From: Eledone cirrhosa
Taxonomy: Eukaryota
Reading direction: 5' to 3'
Assembly: GCA_964016885.1 (NCBI GenBank)
Contig: OZ024745.1
Coordinates: 9,486,001 to 9,550,000 of the forward strand
DNA: 64,000 nucleotides
The position numbers and the translations under genes are program-made. Shown in pieces: positions 1-13,806 of the stretch (its first letter is position 1; each line of letters begins with the position of its first letter). The notes beneath the pieces were generated by a model. That model did not search any database. It saw nothing but the letters and a program-made list of their open reading frames with translations, and was not told the DNA's origin.

Positions 1-392
1 TGTTTGTGAGGGGATCTTTGACAGTCAGGTGACTTAAAAAAAACTCTCTCTCTCCCTCCCATTCACCAGTTTCAAATGTCCTTGCTTACCTAAACAGTAA
101 ATAAAATTACTATTGTAGTTATGAATCACTTTTTAGATGTTTGTAACAGAATATTAAAAAAATTTATTTTTCTTTCTTTTTGTCTTCCATAGTTTTTATA
201 TTATTACTATTATTGCTTATCTAATGTTGTGCAGGAAATTATTACTCATGTCAATCTTTCCAATTTGATCCATTCTTATCTCCCCCCCCCCCTCCTCTCT
301 TGTATTAGTATTATGTAATATTACATAATTCTATATTTATTAGAATTTTTTTGAAATGATAATTCTCTCTCCGCTTTATATTTCTCTCTCTC

Positions 393-434
<42 letters not shown>

Positions 435-573
435 CACACACACACATAAATGTACGAGAAAATAATTTTGTTACTTTTATATGGTATTAGTGTTATGTAA
501 TATTACACAATTCTACATTCATTAGAAAAGTTGTTTTTTTATTATAATAGTTTGAAATCTTTTTTTTTTAAAG

Positions 574-685
574 TTGGCCTGATCCTGACTCTGATGCAAT
601 TTGTCACAAGTTTGAGTCTTCAACCATGGATAATATCTCACTGCCTCAGTCTGGCTTAGTTAAACATTCATCTGTAGACCATCAT
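574..685 (+). CDS. Host gene internal coding exon A (WPDPDSDAICHKFESSTMDNISLPQSGLVKHSSVDHH)
   Basis: Poly-T/AAG acceptor and CAT|GTAAGT donor; open frame ends in phase 0, matching the exon at 2886. Confidence 0.65.
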
Positions 686-974
686 GTAAGTAAAGAATTT
701 AGCATGTTTGCATTCATTGAGTTCACTATTGTTGACACTTGTATGACGACTATCATAGAACTTGTCAAAAACTGAGCCCAGAAAGAAAACTATTTTATAT
801 CTTTTGACAAGGAAATTTTGATTGTAAAACATTGAAATATTTAATTACTCATTTTAGGATCTTTACAATCTAATATTTCATTCAATTAATTTACTTAATT
901 ATTTTATTTTGATTAATTCTTTTGAAACCACTATATTTTTTGTAGAATCACTTTGTATCTTGTTTTATATATTC

Positions 975-2230
975 TCTCCGTCATTTAATGTGTGTCTTCC
1001 CTGTTAGCAAGGGTTGGATGAAGCTTTGCTGACTGTCAATAGAGGAGTTACTGACTGCTCAGATAGGTCAGGGGCCTGCATCTTACTAACATACACTCCT
1101 GCACTCTACTGAATGGATTTTATCCTAATACTAGGGAGGTTGTTATGTCTTTCACACAGTTGAAAAGTCCCTCTCCCAACCCTTTGTTTGGTAGGTGTTC
1201 TATGAATAAATGCCCTTCCTATCACTAACCACTTTACAAGGTGTAATGGGTACATTTATTGTGTAGATCATCAATACTAGTTCTGACCGTTTGTCTGGCA
1301 AGCTTTCTGGAATTCATTGTTTGTCTTCCTATTTCTCAATGATACCTCACTCATGAGCTGGATTATTCTAATTTCCATTCTCTGTTACTTTCTGTTACTC
1401 CATGTTCATCACCCATATCTAACTCCCATAAATCATGGCACTGTTCACATATGCAGCATACACCTTTACCTTCAATTCCAGTAATATTCCTCCTCTCTCA
1501 TAAGCACATCACTCAGTTCTCAGAACCTCTTCCATGCACATCTCACTCTAAATACAATCACAAAGTCTGATACTCCCTCTCCAGATCCAGCTCAACATCC
1601 TCTCTATCTATAGCTCTCTCCATACACACCTTACACTTAAATGTAACTGCCACATTATTTAATAATCCTTTCACACCACTACATTTTTTATGTACTTACC
1701 TAGTATATACTGTACATTTACTGGAGTTAACTCCACCACCATTCCTGCATACTGCATATGGCCACCTTCCTGTGCTTTCCATCTCACTAAATGTACAGCA
1801 ACTCCCATGGTAAACCTTCCTTTACACTTCAGCTCAGTACCTCCATCATAACTACAAATAGCAATGAGCTTAATACTGATCCCTGATGCAGTCCAGCCTT
1901 CACTTCAAATTCATCATTCTTCCTGTCCTTTATTCTTACAACTGTATGCACTTTCTCATACAGTGTCATCACTATTCTACCCAACTATTCCCTGTTCCCA
2001 TTTTCTCAATGCTTATGTCACTACATTCCGTGGAACTCTATAGAAAGCTTTCTCCAGATCAACAAACTTTAAAAACAAATTCTTCCTCATGTCCCTGGAT
2101 TTCTCCCCTTACTACCACACAATAAAAATTGCATCACTTGTTCCCTTTCCCAGCACAAATCCAAACTGCAGTTTATCCATCTTCCTTACCCTTCTTCTAT
2201 AACACTCTTTCTAATGGCTTCATTCCAAAG
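975..2230 (-). mobile_element. Old degenerate RTE-clade LINE fragment
   Basis: Minus strand near 2130-2185 reads MDKLQFGFVLGKGTSDA (RT motif shared with younger copies); RTE-like 3' end near 980. Confidence 0.65.
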
Positions 2231-2379
2231 GATATCTTCATTGTTAGGCACTGAATTGTCTGAATTGATGTACATAAACATATTAACATTTCTCACTGTA
2301 TATTTTTGCAATGAGTTGCTGCTATCTTTCCTATATCAATTAATTGAATGTAAAACTTGTATTTGCTTTGTTAAATATT

Positions 2380-2480
2380 CTGGAAATTATTTCAATTTCA
2401 ATTAGAAACTAGCTGGAAATTATTTCAATTTCAATTAGAAACTAGCTGGAAATTATTTCAATTAGAAATTAAGTGGAAAT
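2380..2480. repeat. Short tandem repeat, ~32-bp unit (CTGGAAATTATTTCAATTTCAATTAGAAACTAG)
   Basis: About three direct copies. Confidence 0.7.
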
Positions 2481-2885
2481 TGTGAAGAGCCAGGAAGCAA
2501 AGACTCTTCAGCTTCTCAGCCAAAGCTGACATAACTTCTTTAGTGTTGCTGCCATGATAAAATGCACATGGTAGAGGGTGGAATTGTACATAAGTGAGAG
2601 GCTGGTCTACATCCCATCTAAGAGGTCAGTAGCCCTGCTTAAGTACTGACTCAGTCTGTGAAGACCTATCAAACCCTTGCTAGGAGAAAACAGACATTAA
2701 ATGATGATGATCAGGATTATCATGATTTTTTTTTTTATCTTCTACGTGATAATATTCAGAGATTAAGTCTGAATAATGAATTAACATAATTGTTTCTACT
2801 TTTGGCACAAGGCCAGCAATTACTCAATATATTACTGGTACTTTATTTTATCGACCCCATAATGAAGAGTTTGCTTTTCTTTCAG

Positions 2886-3363
2886 ATTCACAAGTCATCA
2901 AGTTCTAGTCCCTCATCTAGCTCACGCTGTCAAAATCAGAACAAACCCTATTTAAAGCTGGACTGTAGTAAATCAATGGCTGAACATTCATCTTATATAC
3001 GAGGAGCTGTACGTACTCACATGACCACATCACCAGCTGACAGCAATTGCAATGCTGTACAATTTAACCCAAAGCATCCTCATCTTGTGGAAATGGTATC
3101 AGCAAACACTGCAGACATTTCTAGTACATCGTCATCATCTTGTGAAGAAGATGAAAACACAGACAGTGCTGCTAAACATCCCAAATCTCGCATCAGTTTC
3201 TTAGATATGCATCTAATTAGTAGTCAATCTCGTGATGAAGAAAATGATGACATGTGTGAGCGTGATGAGAAATACTCTCCTTGTTATTCTCCTAACAACA
3301 ATCGTAAAGCAATGGTGCCACCTCTGGATTTGTCCATTTTACATGAACATATGGACAGCACTG
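2886..3363 (+). CDS. Host gene exon B, Ser/acidic-rich (IHKSSSS...VPPLDLSILHEHMDST)
   Basis: TTTTCTTTCAG acceptor and G|GTGAGT donor; lies within ORF 2790..3380; phase 0 to 1. Confidence 0.85.
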
Positions 3364-3599
3364 GTGAGTGGCATTTTTAATTCTTTCTTTATTTAATATT
3401 TGGAATACTTGGAAATGCTGTTTAATATCTAATTGAAATAGTAATTTAACATCTAATAGTTGGAAATAGTATTTAAATGTTTTCATATCACTGTTTTAAC
3501 TGTTTCAGTATTTTTAAACTCATCTTAGAGAGAGAGAGAGTGATATGGAGGGAGGAAAGCAGATAGATAGATAGATAGGGAGACATATATAAAGAGAGG

Positions 3600-4094
3600 G
3601 AGAGTTGTGGGTGCAGAGTCCTCAGACACTCCTTCCAAAGGGTCCTATCAGAAGCAACCATCTCCAAATGATCCAGCTGGATCTCCATTTGAGATCAACC
3701 AAGCTTATAGATGTTATTCAACCATCTTGCTTGTGGTCTACATCTGGGTCTCTTGTTGGTTGGCTTTGTCTATAAAATCTGTGCAGCAATTCTTTTCTTA
3801 GACATTCTAACCACATGTGCATAGTACTAGAGTTGTGGTTTCTTGATGTGGAAAAGTAGTGACTCTACTTGGAGTGACTCCCTGATCTCTGAGTTATGCT
3901 CCCTATCAAGTAACATTACTTTGAAGCCACTTCAGAGGAACTCTATTTTGGCCACTTGTATTTGTAATCATATTTTTTCAGTCATTACCAAAAATTCAAG
4001 GCCGTAGGTAAGGGTTAGCACAAACGACAAATTAAAGATAGCGAGTTTGGATCATACACCTACCTCCCTTCTTTTGATAACCAGATAGGTTTGC
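3600..4094 (-). mobile_element. Degenerate LINE 3' fragment (second family)
   Basis: ORF 3488..3688 EIQLDHLEMVASDRTLWKE; same family as 6790-7055 on the opposite strand. Confidence 0.6.
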
Positions 4095-6748
4095 TGTCGA
4101 TATGTAACATAAACTTCAAAAACCCGACAACCATCTGATCACCTATAGATCAGGGGAGCATTCTAGTCAGATAGATTTTATCCTCATCAGAGGACGTGAC
4201 AGATGGACGATCATAAACACAAAAGCCTTCCCTAGTGAGGAATGTACCTCCCAACATAGCTTAGTTGTCAGCGACCTCACGGTCAGAACTAGACGAACCT
4301 GGAAACAGAGGCCAACCTGGAGAAGAAAGATCTGGAAGCTTAAAGACCCCTCAGCCAGTAACAGATTTAAAGATATTTTACTCGACGCCTATGACAGTAA
4401 AGAAGAACAGCTAGAGACATTCAATGTAGAAGAGCACTGGGAGTTCCTAAAAAATAACTTACTAAAGGCGACGGATGAGATCTGTGGTTGGAGTAAGACC
4501 ACAGACAGGAGGAGAGTGACTTGGTGGTGGAACAATAAGGTAGATGAGGCAGTTAAGGCCAAGAGACAGGCATGGGAAGAATGGAAGAACGGGGGAAGCA
4601 GGGTACATTACATAGAGACCAGGAGGGAAGCTAGGAGGGAAGCGGAGGATAGAAAGTCATTGGAGAGAAGTGTATCCGGAATGATAAAGGTGAGTTTGTC
4701 CTCACAAGTGCTGAGAAGAAAGATGCGTGGAAGAGCCATTATGAAAGATTACTAAATGAGGAGAATGCATGGGAAAAAGAGACCCTACTCCAAGTAGACC
4801 CTATAGAGGGGCCAGCAGTACAAGTCAGCAGCAGCATAGTATATAAGGCAATCAAAGATATGAAGACGGGGAAGGCAACCGGTCCATCGGGTATAGCTGT
4901 CGAGATGCTGAAAGCATCTGGGTCAGTAGGTCACACCATAACCACATGTATTGTTAACTAGGTAATACTAAAGGGTGTTATACCAAACGATTGGTGCAGC
5001 AGCATCATTGTCAACTGCTACAAAAGTAAAGGTGATGCACTAGATAAAGGAAACTATAGAGTATAAAGATGATGGACCAGGTCATGAAAGTAACAGAAAG
5101 AGTTATAGCACAGTTGATTAGGGACTAGATGAGATGCAATTTGGGTTTGTACCAGGGAAAGGCACCACTGATGCCCTCTTCCTTGTGTGGCAGTTACAGG
5201 AAAAGTACCTAGCTAAAAGTAAGCCGCTCTACCTGGCATTCATGGATCTGGAGAAAGCCTTTGACAGAGTTCCCTGTGCTATAATCTAGTGGGCTCTTAG
5301 AAAACTAGTAGATGAATGGCTTGTGAAAGCTGTACAAGCCATGTATAGGGGAGCAGTCAGCAAAGTTAGGATAAGCAATGACTATAGTGAGGAATTTAGC
5401 ATACAGGTCGGTGTCTATCAGGGCTCTGTTCTTAGCCCTCATCATAGTTTTGCAGGCAAAAATGGAGCAGTTTAAGACCGGATACCCATGGGAACTCTTG
5501 TATGCAGATGACCTCGCACTTATAGCTGAATCTATGGTAGAACTAGAGAAGAAATTCCAAAATTGGAAGCAGGGACTAGAAAGAAAGGGTCTCAAAATCA
5601 ACCTGACTAAGACTAAGGTCCTTGTAAGTAGATGAGAAAACAGAACCCAGATCCCCTCACAGAAATGGCCTTGCTCAGTATGTAGGAAAGGTGTAGGTAG
5701 GAACTCCATTCTCTGCCCCAAATGCAAACAATGGGTACACAAGAGATGTAACGGAATCTCAGGAATTTAACTAAGAATGTAGGCTTCACATGTAGCAGCT
5801 GCGCTGGGACAGCAAGCAGCAAACAGTCACAGGAAACGAGCACCACCAAACTCTGGGAGAGCTCTGTAGAAACAGTAGACAGCTTCTGCTACCTAGGTGG
5901 CCGAATTAACAGTGGAGGTGGGTGTTCGGAAAGTACAATAACTAGGGTAAGAATGAGATGGAAGAAGTTCAGGGAGCTACTGCCACTGCTAGCTGCAAAA
6001 GGCTTTTCCCTCAAAATGAAAGGCAGACTGTATGATGCGTGTATACGAACAGCAATGTTAGATGGTAGTGAGACCTGGGCGCTGTCTGTAGAAGACTTGC
6101 GCATATTAGAAAGAAACAAAGCCTGCATGCTTCGATGGATGTGTAATAGTAATATACGCGAACGGCAAAGCATAAATGAATTGAGAGAGAGACTGAGCAT
6201 ATGAGGAATCAAATGCTGTGTGCAGGAGAGGCAGTTGCGTTGGTATGGACATGTGATGTGTATGAAGGATGACAGCTGCATAAAAAGGTGCAGAGCACTA
6301 GAAGACCCGAGAAAACCTGGGATGAAGTGATAAAAGCCGACCTTACCCAATTACACTTCTCAAAGGTGATGACACACGGCCATGACCTCTGGCGTCACGC
6401 AGTAATACAGAAGACCCCACCCCCCCATGGGTTCAAGCCGAAGCTGAAGCATATAGACAATATGCCCCCACACCCTCCCACTGCAAAGTGGTCGCGGAGG
6501 TGCCACGGCTAAAAAGCACCCAGCCCACACTGTAAAGTGGACAAGTCGGCGCCACGGAAAAAAGCACCCAGCTCTCACTGTAAATGAGGTTGGTGTTAGG
6601 AAGGGCATCGAGCTGTAGAAACCGAGCCCAAATCAGTTCCCGTATGAGCAAGACAAGGTCAGCCAACCGGGCACTGCCCACAACAAGACAACCCGTCTAA
6701 CCCATGCTAGCATGGAAGAATGGACGTAAAACGGTGATGATGATGATA
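4095..6748 (+). mobile_element. 5'-truncated, frameshifted RTE-clade LINE with (GAT)n tail
   Basis: [18 protein letters not shown]-like finger, [16 protein letters not shown]; ends GATGATGAT then (AT)n. Confidence 0.92.
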
Positions 6749-6789
6749 TATATATATGTGTATGCATTAAAATTGGTATCATTTGTAAA

Positions 6790-7055
6790 TGTTACAAGTA
6801 GAACTGCTACTTTTCTACATCAAGAAACACTAGCTCTGGTACTATGCACATGTGGTTAAAATGTCTAAGAAAAGAATTGCTGGGCAGATTGTATGGAGAA
6901 CCAGAGGTAGACCACAAGCAAGATGGTTAGATAACATCAATATGCTTGGCTGGTCTCACTTGGAGATCCAGCTGGATCATTTGGAAACTTTTGCTTCTGA
7001 TAGGACCCTTTGGAAGGAGTATCAGAGGTATTTGTTCCCACAACCCTTTCATAAA
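6790..7055 (+). mobile_element. Degenerate LINE 3' fragment (same family as 3600-4094)
   Basis: ORF 6852..7058 RGRPQARWLDNI...EIQLDHLETFASDRTLWKE. Confidence 0.65.
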
Positions 7056-7211
7056 TAAGTGGACAAATTAAAAGAAAAGACTTTATGAATGGACATTAGT
7101 TTGACATAGGTACTCCTACGATTATATATGCAATTTCAAAACATTTAACAAGATAATGACTGAAACCTAAACTAATATCTTTAGTGAATCAATATTTCTT
7201 TTATATCACAG

Positions 7212-7362
7212 ATCCAATTCCTTCAAAGAAAGTGCAAACAGTATCTTATCAACGTGTGAAGAAACATTTAAGTAGTGATGAAGATGATGATGATGATGAT
7301 GATGATGATGATCCTGTTGTTGTCTTATCTCCTAGAGCCAACAAATTCAAGAAAAAGCCAAT
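7212..7362 (+). CDS. Host gene exon C (DPIPSKKVQ...poly-D...LSPRANKFKKKP)
   Basis: TATCACAG acceptor and AT|GTAAGT donor; phase 1 to 2, in frame with exon B. Confidence 0.85.
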
Positions 7363-7756
7363 GTAAGTTTTTTTACTCAACAATTCTGCTTGTTTCAGTT
7401 ACTTTGTATAGAAGTAGTGTTTCTAATTTATTATGTTTGAATTTAATCCTGGAATATGTGGGCCATTATCATTATTGTAATAGTATAAATAATTAGTATT
7501 GAGCCAGAGTTGGTACAAACATTTGCTACAGTTAAAACTGACTTCTTTATGTTGATGTTATCATTTGCCCACAAACCAACACTAATACAAATTTATTATC
7601 CCCTCCCCCACAAGCCACTTTATTTATTAGTCTCCTGAGTTGTCAAATCAAGATTATCTTTAATAATCAATAGTTAGATTGTTTGGTTTGTTTTACTACT
7701 GACAATGTTAACAAAGTGTGATTATTACAAAGAATGGCAAGCATGCTAGATATCTA

Positions 7757-7790
<34 letters not shown>

Positions 7791-10239
7791 CTATTTATCC
7801 CAAGTCAATTTAGTCACATACTACAGGAGAGTTCATATACTTATTTTATCAAATGGTGATTTAAATCCATAAGACTTAATAGTATTGTAAATATGAACCA
7901 GTGAAACATTAAAAATTTGAAACCATTTAACATTAATCTATCAAATTAAAACAATAGAAAAGTTATTTTTAATTGTTATCGTACATCATAATTATAATAT
8001 TGAATAATTTATATATATATATATGAACTTCAGTTAACTAAATTAAATACATCAATCATTTATCAATTAGGGATATATTTATGAAGACAAATAGCTACAT
8101 ATTTAGTCATTTTTTGTCTCCAAGCACATAAGATATGCTAATTTCTGTAAAAGGCTAAAATCAAACATGTCTGATGTTCCCTGACTCTATTAAATAGTTC
8201 CTGTCAAAATATGATCTAGCAGATCTGCTGATCTATATACAAATGTACTCAATTGAACACTTGCTTTATTTACCAGCCCATCAATTACTCAGTCATTGAT
8301 GCAATTACTCAGTCATTGATGCATATCATTAAACCTACTTTTCTTTTTCCACCATATTTCATCTTTCACATTTTTTTCTTTTTAAATATATATTTGTATT
8401 CACTCTCAAATATTCACATTATCTCTCTTCCTCTCTTAAACATTCTTGCAATTCAATTGTTGTGGTTCTTCTTTTTCACAGTAAATCAACATTACTGCAA
8501 AACTGGATAATTTCAGCTTTTCTTTATAGATATATCATTTATTTATACTTTTTTATTTCTATACCATTGAAAAACAAGGCCGTCATTGTTGAGTTGATTG
8601 ATCTAACTTTAAAAACATTGTTGTCATTTGTTCTTACAGTCATATGTATCAGGTTTCATATGTATCCATTAGTGATGCCATTTTAAAAGGATCATTTATA
8701 AAATTGTGTTATATAGTACAACAGAGAGGTTTATTTTAAGAAGTTGATTTTCAGTTACACTCCTCAACTCTGTCAGCATTGCTATAATTTTACTGCTCAG
8801 TTTTAATGTTTAAACAATCAATTAAAAGTTGGGCTGACATGTTTAATAGTAGGATAGAATTTTTTCTTTCTAATAGAGATGATTGTAATGTAAAAACTTA
8901 TGAGATATTTTCAACAGTGTACAGCAGTAGGTTTAGAAAAAAAAGTTTAACCCAATCCTAGAGGTTCATACTGCCAACTTATCCATTACTTTGTGTTATG
9001 TATATATAGATGAAATATGACAGCATTTAGACTCTCACTTTAGTAAGAAGAGAATCTCATTAATGTTCAAAACAAAAATGGCATCTCAAACCTTATGCCT
9101 CAACATTGATCTCTCTCCTGACCTTATTAATGTGTGTGTGTGTGTGTCCAAAAAGGATATATATTCCCAACTTCTCTGGCTCTTCAACCCTGCTGAATTC
9201 ACTGAGACCTACATGAGATTGGTGTAAATGTCTTTAAAAAGCCCCTGGACATTTTACTTACTATTTTAATATCCCAGATGAGTTTAGATATGTATGGACA
9301 GACAGATAGATGCTTATCAGGTAACAATTCAAAGTACATATCAGCTTGTTGCTTATGACAAAAGCGAACATCATAAAAAAAGCCCCCCAACAAAATTTAC
9401 AAATGAAAGAAAATATAACTGCACTGTGGTTATTGCTTAAAAAACATAAAAATGCCAAAACAGAATTATATATAGAAAGTGAGGTGTTTCACAGGATATT
9501 TAGGTGCAACTGAAGAAAGGACAGAATGGTGTGTGTATACTCTCACTCACAAGCACACAATACCATTCATGTTGTACTTTCTTCAGTTGCACTTTTCAGC
9601 ACTTAACTTTCTAATGTCCTATAAGATCCTTTCATAATTTCTGTATACCACCTCTTTATTGAAAGAATGGACAGTGGGTGGGGTTTTCTTTCTCCCACCC
9701 TTTCTTCATTTGGTAATCTGTTGACTTTCTACTAACATATTTCACCTAATTCCCCTCCTCCCCCTTTTTTTACCCTGCCCTCCTGTTTTATCTTTCTTGC
9801 ATATCTTCAAACCTATTTATTCAGCACTATGAGAAAACATTTCATATTTTTCTCTGAAGATTGGCAGTACACTCTGCTTGAAAGATAAGAATTCCTGGCA
9901 TATTCTATGTAGGCATTCAACCAGCTAGAAATAGTAGCAAAATGTCCCTCAAATTATGGCTTGCCCTCTTTATAAAAACAAAAAAAAAATTGAAAAGAAA
10001 AACATAATTCTTACATACCTTTAAATAAGATGAGATGGTTATGACAGGAATTCATTTGATCATAGGGTTGACTTTAAGCTAAACAATAACATTTTCTTTA
10101 TTTCACAAACCCTTGTTTACACACCGAATTTCAATTAATTAATGAAGATGGATTTTCTAAAATTATTTCATTATCATGAAGGTAATTGTAATATACATAA
10201 CTTAACAAAATGTTCTAAAATTTTGTTGGAAAGTTTCAA

Positions 10240-10510
10240 TTTAAATAATCCATGGAATCAATTGACAAGATCCCAGACCTCACTCACTTACCAAGTGGGG
10301 TGGAACTCATCAAACCAGAACAAGGAAACAATGTTTCCATTGGTCTTTCCATTACTGATACTATTTATTGGTTTCAACTCCTGGTAGAAAGAGCAACGTG
10401 AAATAAAGTGTATTGCTCAAGGATATAATGCATCACCCAGTCCAGGAATCAAACTTGCAATCTTATGATTACAATTCCAATTCTCTAACCACTAAGCCAT
10501 GTGCCTTCAC
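10240..10510 (-). mobile_element. tRNA-derived SINE copy
   Basis: Minus strand starts GAAGGCACATGGCTTAGTGGTTAG (A box); same head as 36676 and 52175. Confidence 0.65.
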
Positions 10511-12554
10511 AATTTAAATAAGTACCCTTTAAAATAGATGGTTTTGTTTCTTAAAACTAAGAGTGGGTTGGGGCAGGTTGGTATCAAGAGTTAAAGTCCT
10601 TCGACCTCTGAAACTTAGACACTCTATTATTTTTCTTTATTTCATTGACTTTCCCTTTTATGGTAGGGTGTTAGGTTGTTATTGAAAATTTGGACGTTTA
10701 TTTTTTATTGAAGTTTTATAGTTGACTTAGATGTAACAGTTAATTATCAACATTGCTTTAATTAGTTACTACATACAGCTTAAATATTTCATTGAAAATT
10801 AATGAGGTGTAGCTGGAATTTTGAAAATATAAATTATATGTAATTTTTCTTTTAATTTCTATTTGTGAAATAAATAAGGAAGAAAATCTTTTAATGGAAC
10901 TTAGATATATTTTTCACTTGAAAATGTCATTAAAATAAATATGTAAATTGGCTACCGTCATCTTGGCAATCATCATCATCATCATCGTCATTGGTGTCAG
11001 ATTTATTGCCACTATCATCTTTCGCATGGTGGCCATCATTATCTTTGCTGCTGCCATCATCATCATCATTGCCACCACCAACAGCAGTTATCATCGTTGT
11101 TATTGTTATTTCTTTGTTTTTGTAATCATGCTATTTTTTGTGTGAGGTGGACCAAAAATGTTCACCTAAGAATATTGCAATTCATCTCCATTCATTCATG
11201 AGCGTTTATTTATTTATTTTATTACATATGTCTTTTATTTCAAAAGAGTACTTCTGTCATCTTTGTCACTTGCCCTTTTTAAGTTGCTGGAACCTGATTT
11301 GTCTTTTTAATTTATGTTACATATCCGACTGATTATTTTCATTTCAACTCTCTGAAATCTTTATACATTTTTACATATCTTTCATTGTTGAGAAACCTCT
11401 ACAAAAGGGTGTTTACATGCCATAAAGTAGGCTTTACACTATAGAAAAAATATCAGTGTTGCTATATATTTAAAATGCGTAGATTTATTACACACATTTA
11501 TGCAATCTAGGTTACTTCTATTCTGTATATATACAGATATAATTTTATCATTACTACATAAAAGTGTTTAGTATACTTAAAATATATTTCAAAGCTCTTA
11601 CAGTTTTGGTGTCTGGACAGAAAGTTAAATACAAAAGATATCATTAATAATACATCACATTGCAGTATTTGTTCCAACACTTTTGCATTCTCAGTTCAAA
11701 TCCCTCCATGGTTAATTTTTCCTTTCATCCTGTTGAGGTTAAAATGAAGTACCACTCAAATACTAGAGTTGATTTAATCAACTTTACTCCACCCTGTCAC
11801 AAATTTACTGGCGTTGTGCCTAAATAAGAAATCTATATTAAGTTGTTACCTCTTCCTTTTGTATAAAACAAACTTAATGTTGTTTAGCTATAGAAATGTA
11901 ATCTTCAACTTAAGCTCCCATCACCCAGTAATGGTTTTAAATCATGAGATACACAAGAGTTTTTAAAAATAAATAATAAAAAAAAACCCAGTTATTTCAA
12001 ATGAATAGATTTGTCTGTCTTGCAGAATAGATTTATTTGTCTGAGAATTTATTCAATGAAACCCCTTTGATATTTAAGTTTAATCTTATCTTGAAACATT
12101 AGAGCAGTGGAGATAGCACAGCATATCAACAGCTAAACATGTATTTAGTTTCATTGCTTTATTCTATCAAGATTGACTTTCGCATCTGTCACTTGAAGGT
12201 TGATAAAATAAGTATCAAGAAAGTACTAAATTGTCTCTTTATTTAACCCTCCCCTCACTAAATTGACCTTGTAACTATTCAAAAGAAATTCTTAGCTGTT
12301 GGAAAATATAATTGTATCCATAAATGTAGAATATAAAAAGTAATTTTATTAAACATATGTAGTCACTTATTTTTAAATGTATTCACTGATTTGTAAAATA
12401 ATTAGACTTAACTATTATCGCTTAATTAATGTGGCAATATAATGGTAGTTTATGCTTGGCTCTCATAAAATTTCACTTTTTGTAAATTTCTGAAGCAATT
12501 TAATTTGTTGATATTTAAAAAAAAAACAAAAAAAAAAAACTATTTTAACCTCCA

Positions 12555-12850
12555 TATTTTAATAACTGAGTTGTTTAAAAATATAATTGCAATATGTAAG
12601 TTTATTAGCTGAGTTGTGGTTTGGAATGAATTTTAATCTTAAATTGTCTAACAACTGAGCTGCTGTTTGTAATAATTATCTTAACATAAATATTCTAATT
12701 ATTGAGTTGCTTGGAATAATTCCAGTCTGAACATAACTGAGCTGTTGTCTGGAATTATGATTTTAACCTAAAAAATTAATCACTGAAATGTTTTTGTCTG
12801 GAATTCAAAATTTAAACCTAAATCTTCTCATAACTGAGATACTGTTTTGA
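12555..12850. repeat. Degenerate ~40-bp minisatellite (core AACTGAGTTG..GGAAT)
   Basis: About seven spaced ACTGAG cores. Confidence 0.5.
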
Positions 12851-13083
12851 ATCAAATTGGTTAAAGCTACAGTAGATTGTTTTTGCTTCCATATCAATTT
12901 ATTAGGAAGCCCTTTCTTCAGTAAACAAACTGTGCAGACATACAACTGAAAATTGTTGATAAAACTTCAGATTCTTTCTGTTTACACCAGTTTTGTTCCT
13001 TTTGGTTAATTTTCTTTTAATTTGAATTTGTTATTGTTTTTTTTTTTTTTTGTTTTGTTCTTACCCATTGTTTTGGTGTGCAG

Positions 13084-13149
13084 CTGGACTACTGATAATG
13101 ATGAGGCTCCCCTATCACCAAGTACTCTACGACCAGGTTTCTGGCGCAG
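13084..13149 (+). CDS. Host gene exon D (IWTTDNDEAPLSPSTLRPGFWR)
   Basis: Long poly-T tract, TGCAG acceptor and AG|GTGATG donor; phase 2 to 2, open in frame with exon C. Confidence 0.75.
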
Positions 13150-13806
13150 GTGATGTCTCTACTAATACTGTTTTCTCTCAAACTCTTTTCCTTGAAGAAA
13201 ACCATAGAAAACTCCTTTAGACCAAAGCATGCAACAACCTATTCTTGGGGAAAATATTGTTAGCTTTGCTGAAATACATTCTATCTACCCTGAATTACAT
13301 TTATCCTTGTTCTTCTTTTCTGTTGATTTTCTTGAGGGTGCATTTAAACAAAATAGATGTCTTATATATTACATATACGCTTTCAAATACATGGCTATTG
13401 TGACTCACCCTGTTAATTTTTATGAAAACCATTGCATTAATATGCTCTTCTGCAATTGCTAATTACTATTCTTGATATTTAAAAAAAAACACTAGTATTT
13501 ATAAAAGTAGTTGTGTTTTATACAGATATTAATCCAATCAAAATAATTCTAATTTATCTAGCTACAGGGTGCATTATTTACCCACCAAAATATACATATA
13601 TAATAACTTAAATTGTAGGAGTTGTTCACACTGAAATTATTTTATTAAAAAACTAGCCAATGGGATAAATGTTACAAAACTGATTATTTGCCTGGACGAT
13701 CTCTTAATGATGGTGAGTTCTTAACTTGTAGAGTTCTTGAGAATTTTAGGGGGAAAAATGAAATACCCAATTGTCTATTTTGCCATTGTATGTGAATTAT
13801 AATTCA

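Noticed and set aside
5305-6350. Antisense ORFs overlapping RTE copies (also at 27481, 43443, 59729)
   Set aside because: Shadow frames of the LINE RT with no independent coding signature
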